Origin: a virus
Taxonomy: Duplodnaviria; Caudoviricetes
Strand: one strand, 5' to 3'
DNA: 64,000 nt
Virus record (IMG/VR): IMGVR_UViG_3300028591_000081
Span: 163,619 to 227,618 of that record
Below are positions 29,103 to 38,119 of the stretch, one piece after another; the stretch's first letter is position 1, and each line of letters begins with the position of its first letter. Position numbers and translations under genes: made by a program. The notes below the pieces were generated by a model that had not been told where the DNA came from, did not search any database, and saw only the letters and a list, made by a program, of their open reading frames with translations.

Positions 29103-30404
29103 TTATGCGTTTGGATAACCTTTGCAAGGGATATGGTACTCCCTGCAACACCGTAACGCCTCTGTAATTGAAATCTCTGAACTCCACACGTGCATAGCCT
29201 GTCTTGGCACCCTATGATACCCTGCCATGCACATTCCGTTCTCTTCAATCTTCGCCGACGGGACAGAACGAATCAAGGAAGCGTGGATATCCGGTAAGGT
29301 CTTGGCCATCCATTCTCTGTACCCACGATTGTCCGAAGAACGAATCTTCCCGTCATCATGGGTATCACCGGCATAACATCCTAGTACCCCTGAAGAGGTC
29401 GTCCAATAAAGACTGGTCTTGAGGACGCTGGCCAGCTCATACTTGAACCCCAATGCTACCATCACGCTGTCTGGAACCATTCGCGGATCGGTCTTAAAAG
29501 TAAGATGTAATACCGTCTGGTCATCCGAAGACAGCTTTTCATCCCCCTGCATCAGAACAATGTACTGCTCAAGTGCCGTAGCCAGCATCTTACGGATACA
29601 TGAAAAGGAAGCCTTGGCCTCATGTGATGTCTTATACAGTCGGACTGTTATCCTGTCATACCGCCGGTCTTGGAGAGTCTTCCCATAGAATGGAGTCATG
29701 GAACAGGCCCACACGGAAGTGCCAATCCCGTTGACGAACTTTACGTACACACCCTCACGTTTATCATTCCGATACAGGTACTCCGGCTTGACACAACCGA
29801 ATCTCAAGATACTGGAAAAGAAGTCATCAAATTCAGACAGCCTTCCACGGTCCACGATCCCCGAGTCATTAAACACTGGAGGACTGATACCTGAATCTTC
29901 TGTGACTTTTCCGAGGCGTCGTAGATAATCCATGATGGAATTGCCATACTCCATGTGGTTGGACATTTCCACCACACATGCCCCGGCTTCCTCAATTTCC
30001 CTTACATGACTCAGTGTCGCCGCATCGTACAAGGTCTTTCGTATCCTGCTCTGCGTGCAAAGAACCGGGAAGGACTCGACAAATTTTTCCGAATACTTGA
30101 GGCAACAAAGACTGGGCAGAAGACGGTATTCCACATCCCCACTCTTACGGGAGGCATATAATCCCAATGGAACAGGGAATACAGACGGCACCCTGCACAC
30201 GAAACACCTGACGTTATCCTCAGAAAAGCGACATGGGTACCCAGCTTCCGTCTCGTAGGGGATAGGGATGCGTGCCGTCTCATACCATCGGTATAGAGAT
30301 TCCATCACGACATGCAACCAGTCCTGAGTGATGCAGTTTACCCATTCCACACATGGAAACAGCTTCGAATAATTCTGCTCATGCCTGATCATGGACAGCT
30401 CCAT
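29103..30404 (-). CDS. Hypothetical protein
   Basis: 433-aa ORF in the operon. Confidence 0.6.
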   Translation of the reverse strand: MELSMIRHEQNYSKLFPCVEWVNCITQDWLHVVMESLYRWYETARIPIPYETEAGYPCRFSEDNVRCFVCRVPSVFPVPLGLYASRKSGDVEYRLLPSLCCLKYSEKFVESFPVLCTQSRIRKTLYDAATLSHVREIEEAGACVVEMSNHMEYGNSIMDYLRRLGKVTEDSGISPPVFNDSGIVDRGRLSEFDDFFSSILRFGCVKPEYLYRNDKREGVYVKFVNGIGTSVWACSMTPFYGKTLQDRRYDRITVRLYKTSHEAKASFSCIRKMLATALEQYIVLMQGDEKLSSDDQTVLHLTFKTDPRMVPDSVMVALGFKYELASVLKTSLYWTTSSGVLGCYAGDTHDDGKIRSSDNRGYREWMAKTLPDIHASLIRSVPSAKIEENGMCMAGYHRVPRQAMHVWSSEISITEALRCCREYHIPCKGYPNA

Positions 30405-31092
30405 CTGGATACGGATGTTTGGACAGAAACTCCTCCACCTCTAACTGCGTAAGACCGTATGAATCCATCCACAGTTCTCCCTTCCCACGGACTCCGTTTT
30501 TACAGGAGCATGTATCATAATGTCTAATCCATTCCGATTTGACGTACCAAGACTTCTTGCCGCAGGACTCGCATACCGCAGGGACGAACCGAAACTTCCC
30601 ACACATGAAAGACGGCCCAAGGCATCGCAACGTCTTGCACAGGTCTCCTGCTTTCGGGTCGGTGTTCTGCATCTGAAGCTCTAACTTTTCCCTTCTCTCA
30701 GCAAGGTACTGTTCTTTTGCCTGTGCTTTTCGAACACTGTCCATGATATACGCCTGACGACATCCACAGGATACCGTAGACCCGGAAGTAAGAGCCTTCA
30801 GGTCTATATCCTTCTCATTCCCGCAGTCACACAGACAATGTACATGACGGCTTTTGGACGCGCCTTCCCTGAGATGATCATACATCACTGTCAGCTTTCC
30901 GTACCTTTCCCCGCGATGCGAAACACAGTGGGGTTTAATAGCACCGATACACACCCCACCATGAGGAACCTTCATTAAAGCGTTTCGGTAATCCGGGTCA
31001 TCGAAAGTGTCTAACGGGACGTGAAACTCATCCTCAAGGAAGTCTTGAGAGAACCCATCCAAGAGATCTGTTGAGAAAAGATGTCCATACAT
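30379..31092 (-). CDS. Cys-rich phage protein with an HNH/AP2-associated Zn-binding motif
   Basis: GERYGKLTV..CLCDCG..LTSGSTVSCGC; no intact HNH nuclease motif seen. Confidence 0.6.
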   Translation of the reverse strand: MYGHLFSTDLLDGFSQDFLEDEFHVPLDTFDDPDYRNALMKVPHGGVCIGAIKPHCVSHRGERYGKLTVMYDHLREGASKSRHVHCLCDCGNEKDIDLKALTSGSTVSCGCRQAYIMDSVRKAQAKEQYLAERREKLELQMQNTDPKAGDLCKTLRCLGPSFMCGKFRFVPAVCESCGKKSWYVKSEWIRHYDTCSCKNGVRGKGELWMDSYGLTQLEVEEFLSKHPYPDGAVHDQA

Positions 31093-31132
31093 GACGAACC
31101 TACCTAAAACATCCACAGAGAAGTTCAAAATT

Positions 31133-31203
31133 TGCGTTCTGAGAGCGATTTGAGGTTTGAATGACAAATCATACGTCTAATTCGAAATCGCTCTCAGAAG
31201 GGC
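31133..31203. repeat. Copy C of 61-bp-core palindrome (15-bp perfect arms)
   Basis: TTCTGAGAGCGATTT 31137-31151 / AAATCGCTCTCAGAA 31185-31199, 33-nt spacer. Confidence 0.75.
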
Positions 31204-31233
31204 AAAAAATGCCATTATAGAGACGTGTGAAAA

Positions 31234-31452
31234 TCAGTCGGGTAATTCTGACGTTTCTACGGCGTGCTGGAGGTAGTCGTTGTATCGTTCCAGAAGGTCT
31301 TCAAAGGATCGAAACAGCTTGATTGAATCTTCTTTCAGTTCGTCTGGAAGCTCATCCAGAGGACTTTCGTCCAGCGTAGAGTAAATCTGTGCGAAGGCAG
31401 AGTACACCGTCGTCACAAACAGAAGTCGGTTGAATTGTTCCTTGGTTATCAT
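31234..31452 (-). CDS. Hypothetical protein
   Basis: GGAGG RBS; tightly packed operon. Confidence 0.6.
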   Translation of the reverse strand: MITKEQFNRLLFVTTVYSAFAQIYSTLDESPLDELPDELKEDSIKLFRSFEDLLERYNDYLQHAVETSELPD

Positions 31453-31465
31453 CGAAATTCCTCCA

Positions 31466-31978
31466 TTACCAGTCGGCGTAAAAAATCAGATCGAAATGTT
31501 CCCAGTCAAAGGTGTCCATCACCTCACGGCACATGCAGTAAATCGAATGTACATCCGAGTATGTGGCATTCACTTCCTTGCAAGGCATTTCGTAATCCTG
31601 TGCATCATTGATCAGGTGTCTTTCCAGTATGCCCTTCATGTAATCAATGAATACCTGTAATTGTTCCTTGGTGACGGGCATGTATGAGGAGTTCTCCGTG
31701 TACCCAAAGTAATCAAGCATCCATCCGGCAGAACCTCGACGCCCGAAGTACTTCACTTCCTTGGCTCCGTAGAACGTGTCATGCTCTTCAAGGAAATCGT
31801 GTACGGCATCATACAAGGCTTCCCAGAAATCCCTTTCAAGGGCCTTTGAAAAACGGTACAGGCGGTCCAGTTCCGCCGATACCATGTCCGGCATCTTGTG
31901 CTGAGACAGAATGTTCAGAGGAATACAGTCCTCCGGCCCCAGTTTGGGTTTACGCATAAACGAAACATCAAGTCCCAT
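31466..31978 (-). CDS. Hypothetical phage protein (MGLD...YADW pattern)
   Basis: MGLDV start and IFYADW end are typical of a common small phage family. Confidence 0.65.
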   Translation of the reverse strand: MGLDVSFMRKPKLGPEDCIPLNILSQHKMPDMVSAELDRLYRFSKALERDFWEALYDAVHDFLEEHDTFYGAKEVKYFGRRGSAGWMLDYFGYTENSSYMPVTKEQLQVFIDYMKGILERHLINDAQDYEMPCKEVNATYSDVHSIYCMCREVMDTFDWEHFDLIFYADW

Positions 31979-32171
31979 GATTCCTCTCCTTCTCTGCTTT
32001 TTCCACGGCTTCGAGGTAAATAAGCACCTGCTGTAACTTCTTCAAAACGAAGGACGGTACAGAGGAACCTTGAGGAGGTCGAAGTTTAACAAACACATCC
32101 TCAAGCTGTCGAATACACGTAGAAAGAGTTTTTGTGTCCAAAGTGGGTGCCGTCATACTGTATGTGTCCAT
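31968..32171 (-). CDS. Hypothetical protein
   Basis: Overlapping operon packing. Confidence 0.5.
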   Translation of the reverse strand: MDTYSMTAPTLDTKTLSTCIRQLEDVFVKLRPPQGSSVPSFVLKKLQQVLIYLEAVEKAEKERNHGT

Positions 32172-32551
32172 CCGTTCGCCAAGAAACGTTCCCTCATCAT
32201 CTCGATGTCATACTTGGTACGTGGGAAAATCCGTGCAAAGCGTGAACTGTACACAGGACTGAACCCTCGGGAACGATCACAAACAAAGACCTTTCCATCA
32301 GGCATCACGTACCCAACAAACAGATCCGCGTTGTGACCGTTATAAACCAATGCTTCGAACAAATCACAGGCATCATCCATACTGTCGAACGTCTGATACA
32401 GGCCAAGCGACTCAATCACGACACGATCAAAGGAAAGTACCCCAGCCTGCTTTAAGAGGGCTTCCATAAGGTCTTCTTCGGACTTCCGTGTAATCCCGTC
32501 CATTCGGTAAAGGTAGCTCGATAGATGCTTTTTTCGTTCATTCTGATTCAT
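32153..32551 (-). CDS. Hypothetical protein
   Basis: AGGAG RBS. Confidence 0.6.
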   Translation of the reverse strand: MNQNERKKHLSSYLYRMDGITRKSEEDLMEALLKQAGVLSFDRVVIESLGLYQTFDSMDDACDLFEALVYNGHNADLFVGYVMPDGKVFVCDRSRGFSPVYSSRFARIFPRTKYDIEMMRERFLANGWTHTV

Positions 32552-32562
32552 TACAATGTCTC

Positions 32563-32829
32563 CTATTTCGGGTTATCCGGAAGTTTTGTCCAATGCGTGA
32601 CGCGGACAAACTTCTCATGTTCCAAATCGTCTATGTCTTGTGTTGCCCAATGATCCCCTCGCCACTCGGCTACTTCCGGAACAAGGCGAAAGGTCTCGTC
32701 TTCAACAGTCACCATGGATACCAGTACCCAGTCATAGAGTTCTTTGTCCGGGTACATTTCGGTTACGCTAATCCAGTCCCCGAACTGAAATGGCTTCATC
32801 TCTGTGTATATTTGAAAATCTCTACTCAT
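32563..32829 (-). CDS. DUF551-like protein
   Basis: WISVTEMYP...VTHWTKLP; ATGA overlap with the upstream gene. Confidence 0.7.
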   Translation of the reverse strand: MSRDFQIYTEMKPFQFGDWISVTEMYPDKELYDWVLVSMVTVEDETFRLVPEVAEWRGDHWATQDIDDLEHEKFVRVTHWTKLPDNPK

Positions 32830-33014
32830 AAGGCTCTTCCCATCAGATACGGAGTGCTCCATACCGCAAAGACCTCTGCTGGCACCATAGTCCAGTACGT
32901 GGAATCCGCGTTCTCACAGATTCCGTTCAGATCATACTCCATGCGCGGTTCCTCTTCATTGTCGAGCACCACAAGAATCGCCTCCTCTTCATAACCTTTC
33001 TCAAATGTCTTCAT
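32826..33014 (-). CDS. Hypothetical protein
   Basis: AGGAGG RBS. Confidence 0.55.
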   Translation of the reverse strand: MKTFEKGYEEEAILVVLDNEEEPRMEYDLNGICENADSTYWTMVPAEVFAVWSTPYLMGRAL

Positions 33015-33023
33015 AACATCCTC

Positions 33024-33365
33024 CTAACGTACACGATGTACCTGTCTCCAGTCCTCGGTAATTCTGTCCACATCTATGCTTCCATAATCAATGAATGGAA
33101 TAAGGAAAGGAATCTCTGGATTCTCTTTTGACTCAACGTACAGACCGGCTTTTCCGTTATACCGGTCTTTGTCTTTCAAGATGTCCATTGCATGACCCAA
33201 GCTCGTCGAAATTAACTCACTGCCAAGGTCTTTCATCCATTTAGGAATTTCCCGCTTTGCACCAAAAAGATTTACGATGCATGGACTTTCAGGATTGCTG
33301 TCGATAAATGACATCAGACCCTCACAAAATTCGTGAACACTTTGCATAAACCAAACCTCCTCCAA
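33024..33365 (-). CDS. Hypothetical protein, paralog of 33615..33962
   Basis: FIDSNPESPCIVNLFGAK..LKDKDRYNG..IPFIDYGSI. Confidence 0.65.
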   Translation of the reverse strand: MEEVWFMQSVHEFCEGLMSFIDSNPESPCIVNLFGAKREIPKWMKDLGSELISTSLGHAMDILKDKDRYNGKAGLYVESKENPEIPFLIPFIDYGSIDVDRITEDWRQVHRVR

Positions 33366-33371
33366 TAGCAG

Positions 33372-33602
33372 TTATTCGTCATCCCAATTCTCGGATTCTG
33401 CTTCAGAATCCACGTCAAACAAAACCTTGTCGAACTTTTTCTGATTCGGAATCAGTTCATTACGTAGGATTTGCACATGGCTTGGGGCATCCAAACCGAT
33501 CCGCACATTACCGCCGTGAACTGCTTCGACAGAGACCAAGACTGTATCCTTCCCGACTCGGATAACAAGGGACTCTCCGACTTTTCGTGTAACTACCAGC
33601 AT
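33372..33602 (-). CDS. csrA: Carbon storage regulator CsrA/RsmA
   Basis: MLVVTRKVGESLVI..GNVRIGLDAP..ILRNEL. Confidence 0.92.
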   Translation of the reverse strand: MLVVTRKVGESLVIRVGKDTVLVSVEAVHGGNVRIGLDAPSHVQILRNELIPNQKKFDKVLFDVDSEAESENWDDE

Positions 33603-33614
33603 ACGTCCTCCAGA

Positions 33615-33962
33615 TCATAACAGGATATTTTCGACGAGAGACGTTGAAGTGCTTATCCCTGCGAAGTTCATGCGCATGGAAAGCCCTTTCATGGATAGGG
33701 TACCGTAATCTTCGAAGGGGATGGGATCGAGCTTGGAACCCAGACTCAAAGCACCCATACCGCCGTACCGACCCTTGTCCTTCAAGTACTCTAAAGCCTC
33801 ACCAAGAGTGGTGGAGATCATACAGAGTTTGCCCGCAGGGGCCTCCCCTTCAGGACATTTCTGTTTTGACCCATAGAGTGTCACAATACAGCTCTTGTCC
33901 GGATGTTCGTCAATAAAGGATATCAGTTGGTTCCGTGCCTCTAAGATTTCGTAAATAGACAT
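33615..33962 (-). CDS. Hypothetical protein, paralog of 33024..33365
   Basis: FIDEHPDKSCIVTLYGSK..LKDKGRYGG..IPFEDYGTL; GGAGG RBS. Confidence 0.65.
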   Translation of the reverse strand: MSIYEILEARNQLISFIDEHPDKSCIVTLYGSKQKCPEGEAPAGKLCMISTTLGEALEYLKDKGRYGGMGALSLGSKLDPIPFEDYGTLSMKGLSMRMNFAGISTSTSLVENILL

Positions 33963-33984
33963 GTAATCCCTCCAGTGATTTCTG

Positions 33985-34155
33985 TTAGATGGAATTGCCA
34001 TTTTCGGATATGTCCTTGAGACGTTCATAATACCTGTTCAGGAAACCTTGGGAGAATACTAAGTCCTTTCCTGACATGTACTCGATAATCTCCAGCAATA
34101 CCGATGCTACAAACTTCATGTTCTCTTGTGCGATGATTTCTTCGTCTGTCCTCAT
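33985..34155 (-). CDS. Small hypothetical protein (56 aa, not in the ORF track)
   Basis: AAGGAGG RBS, MRTDEEIIAQENMKFVASVLLEIIEY..NSI then TAA; fills the operon gap. Confidence 0.6.
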   Translation of the reverse strand: MRTDEEIIAQENMKFVASVLLEIIEYMSGKDLVFSQGFLNRYYERLKDISENGNSI

Positions 34156-34169
34156 AAGGTTCCTCCTTT

Positions 34170-34475
34170 TTACTCCTGTACATCATGGTCCGTGTGCTCC
34201 ACCTGCGTAAAGTACGGTATGCAGTACAAACCCTTTGTTTCCCAGCCCTGATGCTCTATCTTGGATCGTTTGTTCAGAGCCGATACCAAAGCCTTAATCC
34301 CTTTTGGTACCTGTATCACATGGGTAGTTTTCAAAAAGATTCCGGAAACAAGCGTGACGGGATGATCCAACCCAAAGAACTCACGAAGATATGGCAGGGT
34401 ACCTGTGATGTCCCTGTAACCTTGATATCCACTCCCTCTGTGGCATCGTACCGTGTAAATTTTCAAGCTCCGCAT
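34170..34475 (-). CDS. Hypothetical protein
   Basis: Start moved to MRSLKIY, downstream of the motif promoter; GAGGG RBS. Confidence 0.5.
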   Translation of the reverse strand: MRSLKIYTVRCHRGSGYQGYRDITGTLPYLREFFGLDHPVTLVSGIFLKTTHVIQVPKGIKALVSALNKRSKIEHQGWETKGLYCIPYFTQVEHTDHDVQE

Positions 34476-34510
34476 GTCCACTACCCTCAAACACCCATGA
34501 CCAAGACTGG

Positions 34511-34553
34511 TATATACCATACTCGGCAGATGAATAGGAACTTCAGCACCACA
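34511..34553 (-). promoter_or_regulatory. Motif promoter (TGTGGTGCTGAA-N25-TATATA)
   Basis: Exact box 34542-34553; TGG-TATATA. Confidence 0.65.
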
Positions 34554-34587
34554 GAAATACACTAGACTACGGAAGGCTTCGAATAAA

Positions 34588-34679
34588 AAGACCGCATGAA
34601 AGATTTGGTGAGTTTCATGCGGTCTTGTGCAGTAACCCATGATGAGGGGGAAATTAAACAAAAGACATGGGTTACTGCA
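34588..34679. terminator. Tandem pair of 14-bp hairpins
   Basis: 34588-34601/34613-34626 and 34628-34641/34666-34679. Confidence 0.65.
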
Positions 34680-34700
34680 AGTCTTAAAGGTTCACAGACT

Positions 34701-35255
34701 CTATGGCCTCAAGCATCCGCCGAGGCGCAGATCCCATACACGTCCCTGAAGAAGCAATGGGAACAGAGCGACCTTCAGCTTCTTTGATACGTCAAGCATC
34801 TTGCGGTAGTACTCGTTGCGTTCCAGCATCCTCCGCTCGTCTGCGTCGGTTTTGACCATACACATACGGCTCTTTTCAATCTCTTCCTGTACACGCAGAT
34901 CTCCCGGAAGTTCCTCACCGTGCATCATGGCATTGAAGGCTTCAAGAAAGAAATCCGATCCCAGACATCGGGTTGCGAACATCGCCGACGACACAAAAAG
35001 TTCCTCGCACAGCTTGTCGAAGAACTTCATTTCCTTACGATTCCGAAACCCCTTGACGGCATAAATCATCCCATTGGCCTTCATGTCCTCTATATTCGGC
35101 ATGATAGGTTCTTCAATCTGCACCCGCAGGACATCCTTGGTGAAGAACATCCAGAAACCTACCCTCTCCCGCTGATATTGGCGGTCACGGATACGGTACA
35201 AAGCATTCATGGCCATATCCTTGGCTGTCACCCTGCGTACTACCCGGAACTTCAT
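34701..35255 (-). CDS. Hypothetical protein
   Basis: GGAGG RBS, ATGA overlap. Confidence 0.6.
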   Translation of the reverse strand: MKFRVVRRVTAKDMAMNALYRIRDRQYQRERVGFWMFFTKDVLRVQIEEPIMPNIEDMKANGMIYAVKGFRNRKEMKFFDKLCEELFVSSAMFATRCLGSDFFLEAFNAMMHGEELPGDLRVQEEIEKSRMCMVKTDADERRMLERNEYYRKMLDVSKKLKVALFPLLLQGRVWDLRLGGCLRP

Positions 35256-35467
35256 TCTGCCTCCGTGTCCTGAAAACGATGAATGTAGCAAGTAACGATG
35301 ACAGGCGAAGGGTCAGACAGTCCTTTGGCACGTCTATCCACCTCTTCTCTTGTCCGATACCATTCGAACACCTTTCCCTGTATGTCATAGTTAATGTAAC
35401 TCAGCTCATAGAAGGACTCTATGACTTCTTTTGACCTCAATAATGGTTTCTCCATATCCTTTTCCAC
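35252..35467 (-). CDS. Hypothetical protein
   Basis: Operon packing. Confidence 0.5.
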   Translation of the reverse strand: MEKDMEKPLLRSKEVIESFYELSYINYDIQGKVFEWYRTREEVDRRAKGLSDPSPVIVTCYIHRFQDTEAE

Positions 35468-35474
35468 TCCGTCA

Positions 35475-35807
35475 TTATGATTTGTATTTACTTGCTTTTT
35501 GAAAGGCTTCGTTCGTTATAGCTTCGATGGCGGCACGGTTCTCAGGTTTTGTCCATGGCAAAAAAGGTATCTCGACCTGAAGATCACTCATACGACACCA
35601 AGCCAGAACATCCTGTGGGTGTACCACCGCAGACCAGCGATACTGAATCCAGTACCCTTCAAACTGTGCATATCGGTTGAGTCGTCCCTTGTGGTACTCA
35701 GCCTCAGCCATGCTCCCATCATTCTTGTAAATAATGAAACTCCCAGTCGAAGGGTTTGGAACTTCAGACCCTTCATGCCAACCTTTTCTGCTCTCCGATG
35801 ACTCCAT
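35475..35807 (-). CDS. Hypothetical protein (weak DUF551-like pattern)
   Basis: WHEGSEVP...VLAWC; AGGAGG RBS. Confidence 0.6.
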   Translation of the reverse strand: MESSESRKGWHEGSEVPNPSTGSFIIYKNDGSMAEAEYHKGRLNRYAQFEGYWIQYRWSAVVHPQDVLAWCRMSDLQVEIPFLPWTKPENRAAIEAITNEAFQKASKYKS

Positions 35808-35847
35808 CCTGTCCTCCTATATATTACCAAAGAAAAGAGACTTATCT

Positions 35848-35889
35848 AGCATACCACATATACGACGGAATGGGTCACTCAGCACCACA
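35848..35889 (-). promoter_or_regulatory. Motif promoter (TGTGGTGCTGAG-N24-TATGCT)
   Basis: Box 35878-35889; TGG-TATGCT. Confidence 0.65.
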
Positions 35890-35899
35890 AGAACATGTG

Positions 35900-36547
35900 T
35901 CATTTGTCATTTTCCAACTCAGAGAAGTACCGCATACTTTGGTCCTTACGAATGGATCGAACCCTGTCCTGAATGCCCGGCAACAGATGTTCTGGGTCAC
36001 GCACACTTTCAGGATGTTTGTTCAGAACCTCAAGAAAATCCTCAATGAAATACAGCCAATCCCACCTCACATTGTCAGGGATGTTGTTGAGATTCGACTC
36101 CTTGCTGATGGGGTAGAACCGATAACCCTCGCAGGGTAGCGTCCAATCATTCATACGGTCTTTTGCAGTAAACACTTTATGAATGTATCCGGTCAAAGGT
36201 TCCAAAGAAGATTCAGAAAGAAGATACTCCCCGGCATCTCTACCCACACCCCTTTCCAGCTCGTCACCAATGGTCAGGACACGGTTATAAAAATAATCTT
36301 TCACGACGTGTAGGACTGACTTCTCGATGCTTTTGAGAAGCGGCTCTGTTTCTGTCTGCAAACAGAGATCATCTTCTGTTCCATAGTCTTCACGGACAAT
36401 ACAGCCATCCCCAAAGCCATCCTCACTCCAGACATACCCACTGCCTAAGACAAGAAGCATCTTATGAACGGCCACCGTAACGTTGGGTACAGAAGCCGGG
36501 AATTGAAGCATCATCTCAAACACCATTCGGTCGGCTGGTTTCGACAT
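35900..36547 (-). CDS. Hypothetical protein
   Basis: AGGAG RBS. Confidence 0.6.
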   Translation of the reverse strand: MSKPADRMVFEMMLQFPASVPNVTVAVHKMLLVLGSGYVWSEDGFGDGCIVREDYGTEDDLCLQTETEPLLKSIEKSVLHVVKDYFYNRVLTIGDELERGVGRDAGEYLLSESSLEPLTGYIHKVFTAKDRMNDWTLPCEGYRFYPISKESNLNNIPDNVRWDWLYFIEDFLEVLNKHPESVRDPEHLLPGIQDRVRSIRKDQSMRYFSELENDK

Positions 36548-36664
36548 ACCTAAGTTCTCCTATGTCTCTAGGTTCGGTACCCTTTCAATGCAGTGCGGCA
36601 CTGAACCTGACGGTAACACTCTAAGAAAAATTCAGCGTTTCCTTCGCTCATACAAAATACTCGG

Positions 36665-37624
36665 TCAATGCCAAGCAAGATCGTCTGAAAACCTCATCCA
36701 TCCGTCAAGAAAGGTACCTTCTACAACGCGTGGTCTCTTCAAGGCTCTTAAATCCTGATTCCGAGAAATCTCATGTAACAAAGCAATACCGCCGTCTCCG
36801 TACTTTTCATGCACAGCCCTTTCATAGAGTTCCATCCTACACCGGTGTTCCAGTTTCTCTTCATACGAGTCTCCTTCCTTTTCCAGAAGCATATCCAGAG
36901 TAATCGGTTTGCCCTCTATGGTAGCCTTCACACGATCTTTGAATATCTCAACACCTTTATGTACGATAGCCCTAGGAAGGTTGCATACAACCGTCCATCT
37001 ACACATCATAGCCTCTCCATACTTGTCCGCGAGAATGTCGGCCAATTCAAGGGATTTTTCCGCCCACGAAATACAGCTTTTGGGTGCAATACAATAGAGA
37101 TAGTGATGAAGGAACAGACGGGCTTTGAGGAACCATCCCCAAGATCTGCTTAGACAGTCATAGGGAGGGTCAATAATCGTGAACGAATCTAGGATCCTAC
37201 ACCATTCTCTTAACCTCTGATCGTCATCGCCACGTGTTCTGATCCACAGATCTTCACATCTCGACACCTCTACCCAATCGTAAGGAGTATCGGTCTGTTT
37301 CGGAAGTGGTAAGTCCATTCTTAATAAAATCTGTCTCCGAAGGGCGGCACACCAGAATCTGGCCCTTCGATCCTTGGGTCGTTTGGAATTCAGAAGGGAC
37401 AGTCTTGAGGTTTCAAGCAGGTCTGCAATACCCCTCAAAACCCTTAAAAACTCTTCTATGGGCAAACACGGGGTGTCACGCAGGTCAATCTTGTCAAAAT
37501 TGATCTGAACCTGCGTGATATGGGTATAAGAACAGGCACTGAAATCCACGTGATCTACAATGTCGTTGATGCACGAAGCTACGTTAAATCTGGTTTCTTT
37601 TGATCTTCTGGACATAGGGGACAC
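36665..37624 (-). CDS. Hypothetical protein
   Basis: 319-aa ORF. Confidence 0.6.
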   Translation of the reverse strand: MSPMSRRSKETRFNVASCINDIVDHVDFSACSYTHITQVQINFDKIDLRDTPCLPIEEFLRVLRGIADLLETSRLSLLNSKRPKDRRARFWCAALRRQILLRMDLPLPKQTDTPYDWVEVSRCEDLWIRTRGDDDQRLREWCRILDSFTIIDPPYDCLSRSWGWFLKARLFLHHYLYCIAPKSCISWAEKSLELADILADKYGEAMMCRWTVVCNLPRAIVHKGVEIFKDRVKATIEGKPITLDMLLEKEGDSYEEKLEHRCRMELYERAVHEKYGDGGIALLHEISRNQDLRALKRPRVVEGTFLDGWMRFSDDLAWH

Positions 37625-37672
37625 CTCTGACTAGCTAGGGGTTATGAATCAACAAGTTCCTTGCGTCAGTTT

Positions 37673-38119
37673 TTATCCAAGAGCAGGTTCTCCACTCAGT
37701 TCACACAAGGGTTTACCAGAACGCTTTTCATTCACTACGAAGGACAGCCACGAGTATGAACCCGCAGAAATTATGTCGATCCCGTCAACGCGAAGAGGCT
37801 CCCACATAAAACGGGGAGTGAGAATGAACGCACTTCCATACTCCGACAAACGCTTTATGATGCGTCCTTGGGGAGTATCCAGAACCTCCACGTCGGCCAT
37901 GAGACAGTCCGGGGTCAGGTACAGTTCCTTCAATGCAAGGGCCACATACGGGTATTCTATTTCCATACGATCCGAATTTGAATGGGTCTGTACCAGCTCT
38001 ATGCTTGAACGAAAATCCTTGTCCTCCTTAAATCTCCTGACCACCTCTTCAGCAAAACCTTTCGTAAAAAGATTCCCTGAGTCCAATACCCGGTTATACA
38101 TAACACTTTCAATCAGCAT
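37673..38119 (-). CDS. Degenerate paralog of the prohead protease (gp21 fold), probably catalytically altered
   Basis: RMEIEYPYVALALKELYL and VLDTPQGRIIKRLSEYGSAFILTPR align with RIDISYPEVGLCVEKIWI and ILDTPVGRILDSLIRYGSKIGISAR of 40597..42189. Confidence 0.7.
   Translation of the reverse strand: MLIESVMYNRVLDSGNLFTKGFAEEVVRRFKEDKDFRSSIELVQTHSNSDRMEIEYPYVALALKELYLTPDCLMADVEVLDTPQGRIIKRLSEYGSAFILTPRFMWEPLRVDGIDIISAGSYSWLSFVVNEKRSGKPLCELSGEPALG

Noticed and set aside
30379-31092. HNH homing endonuclease
   Set aside because: Only the accessory Cys-rich motif is visible; no HNH catalytic motif was found.
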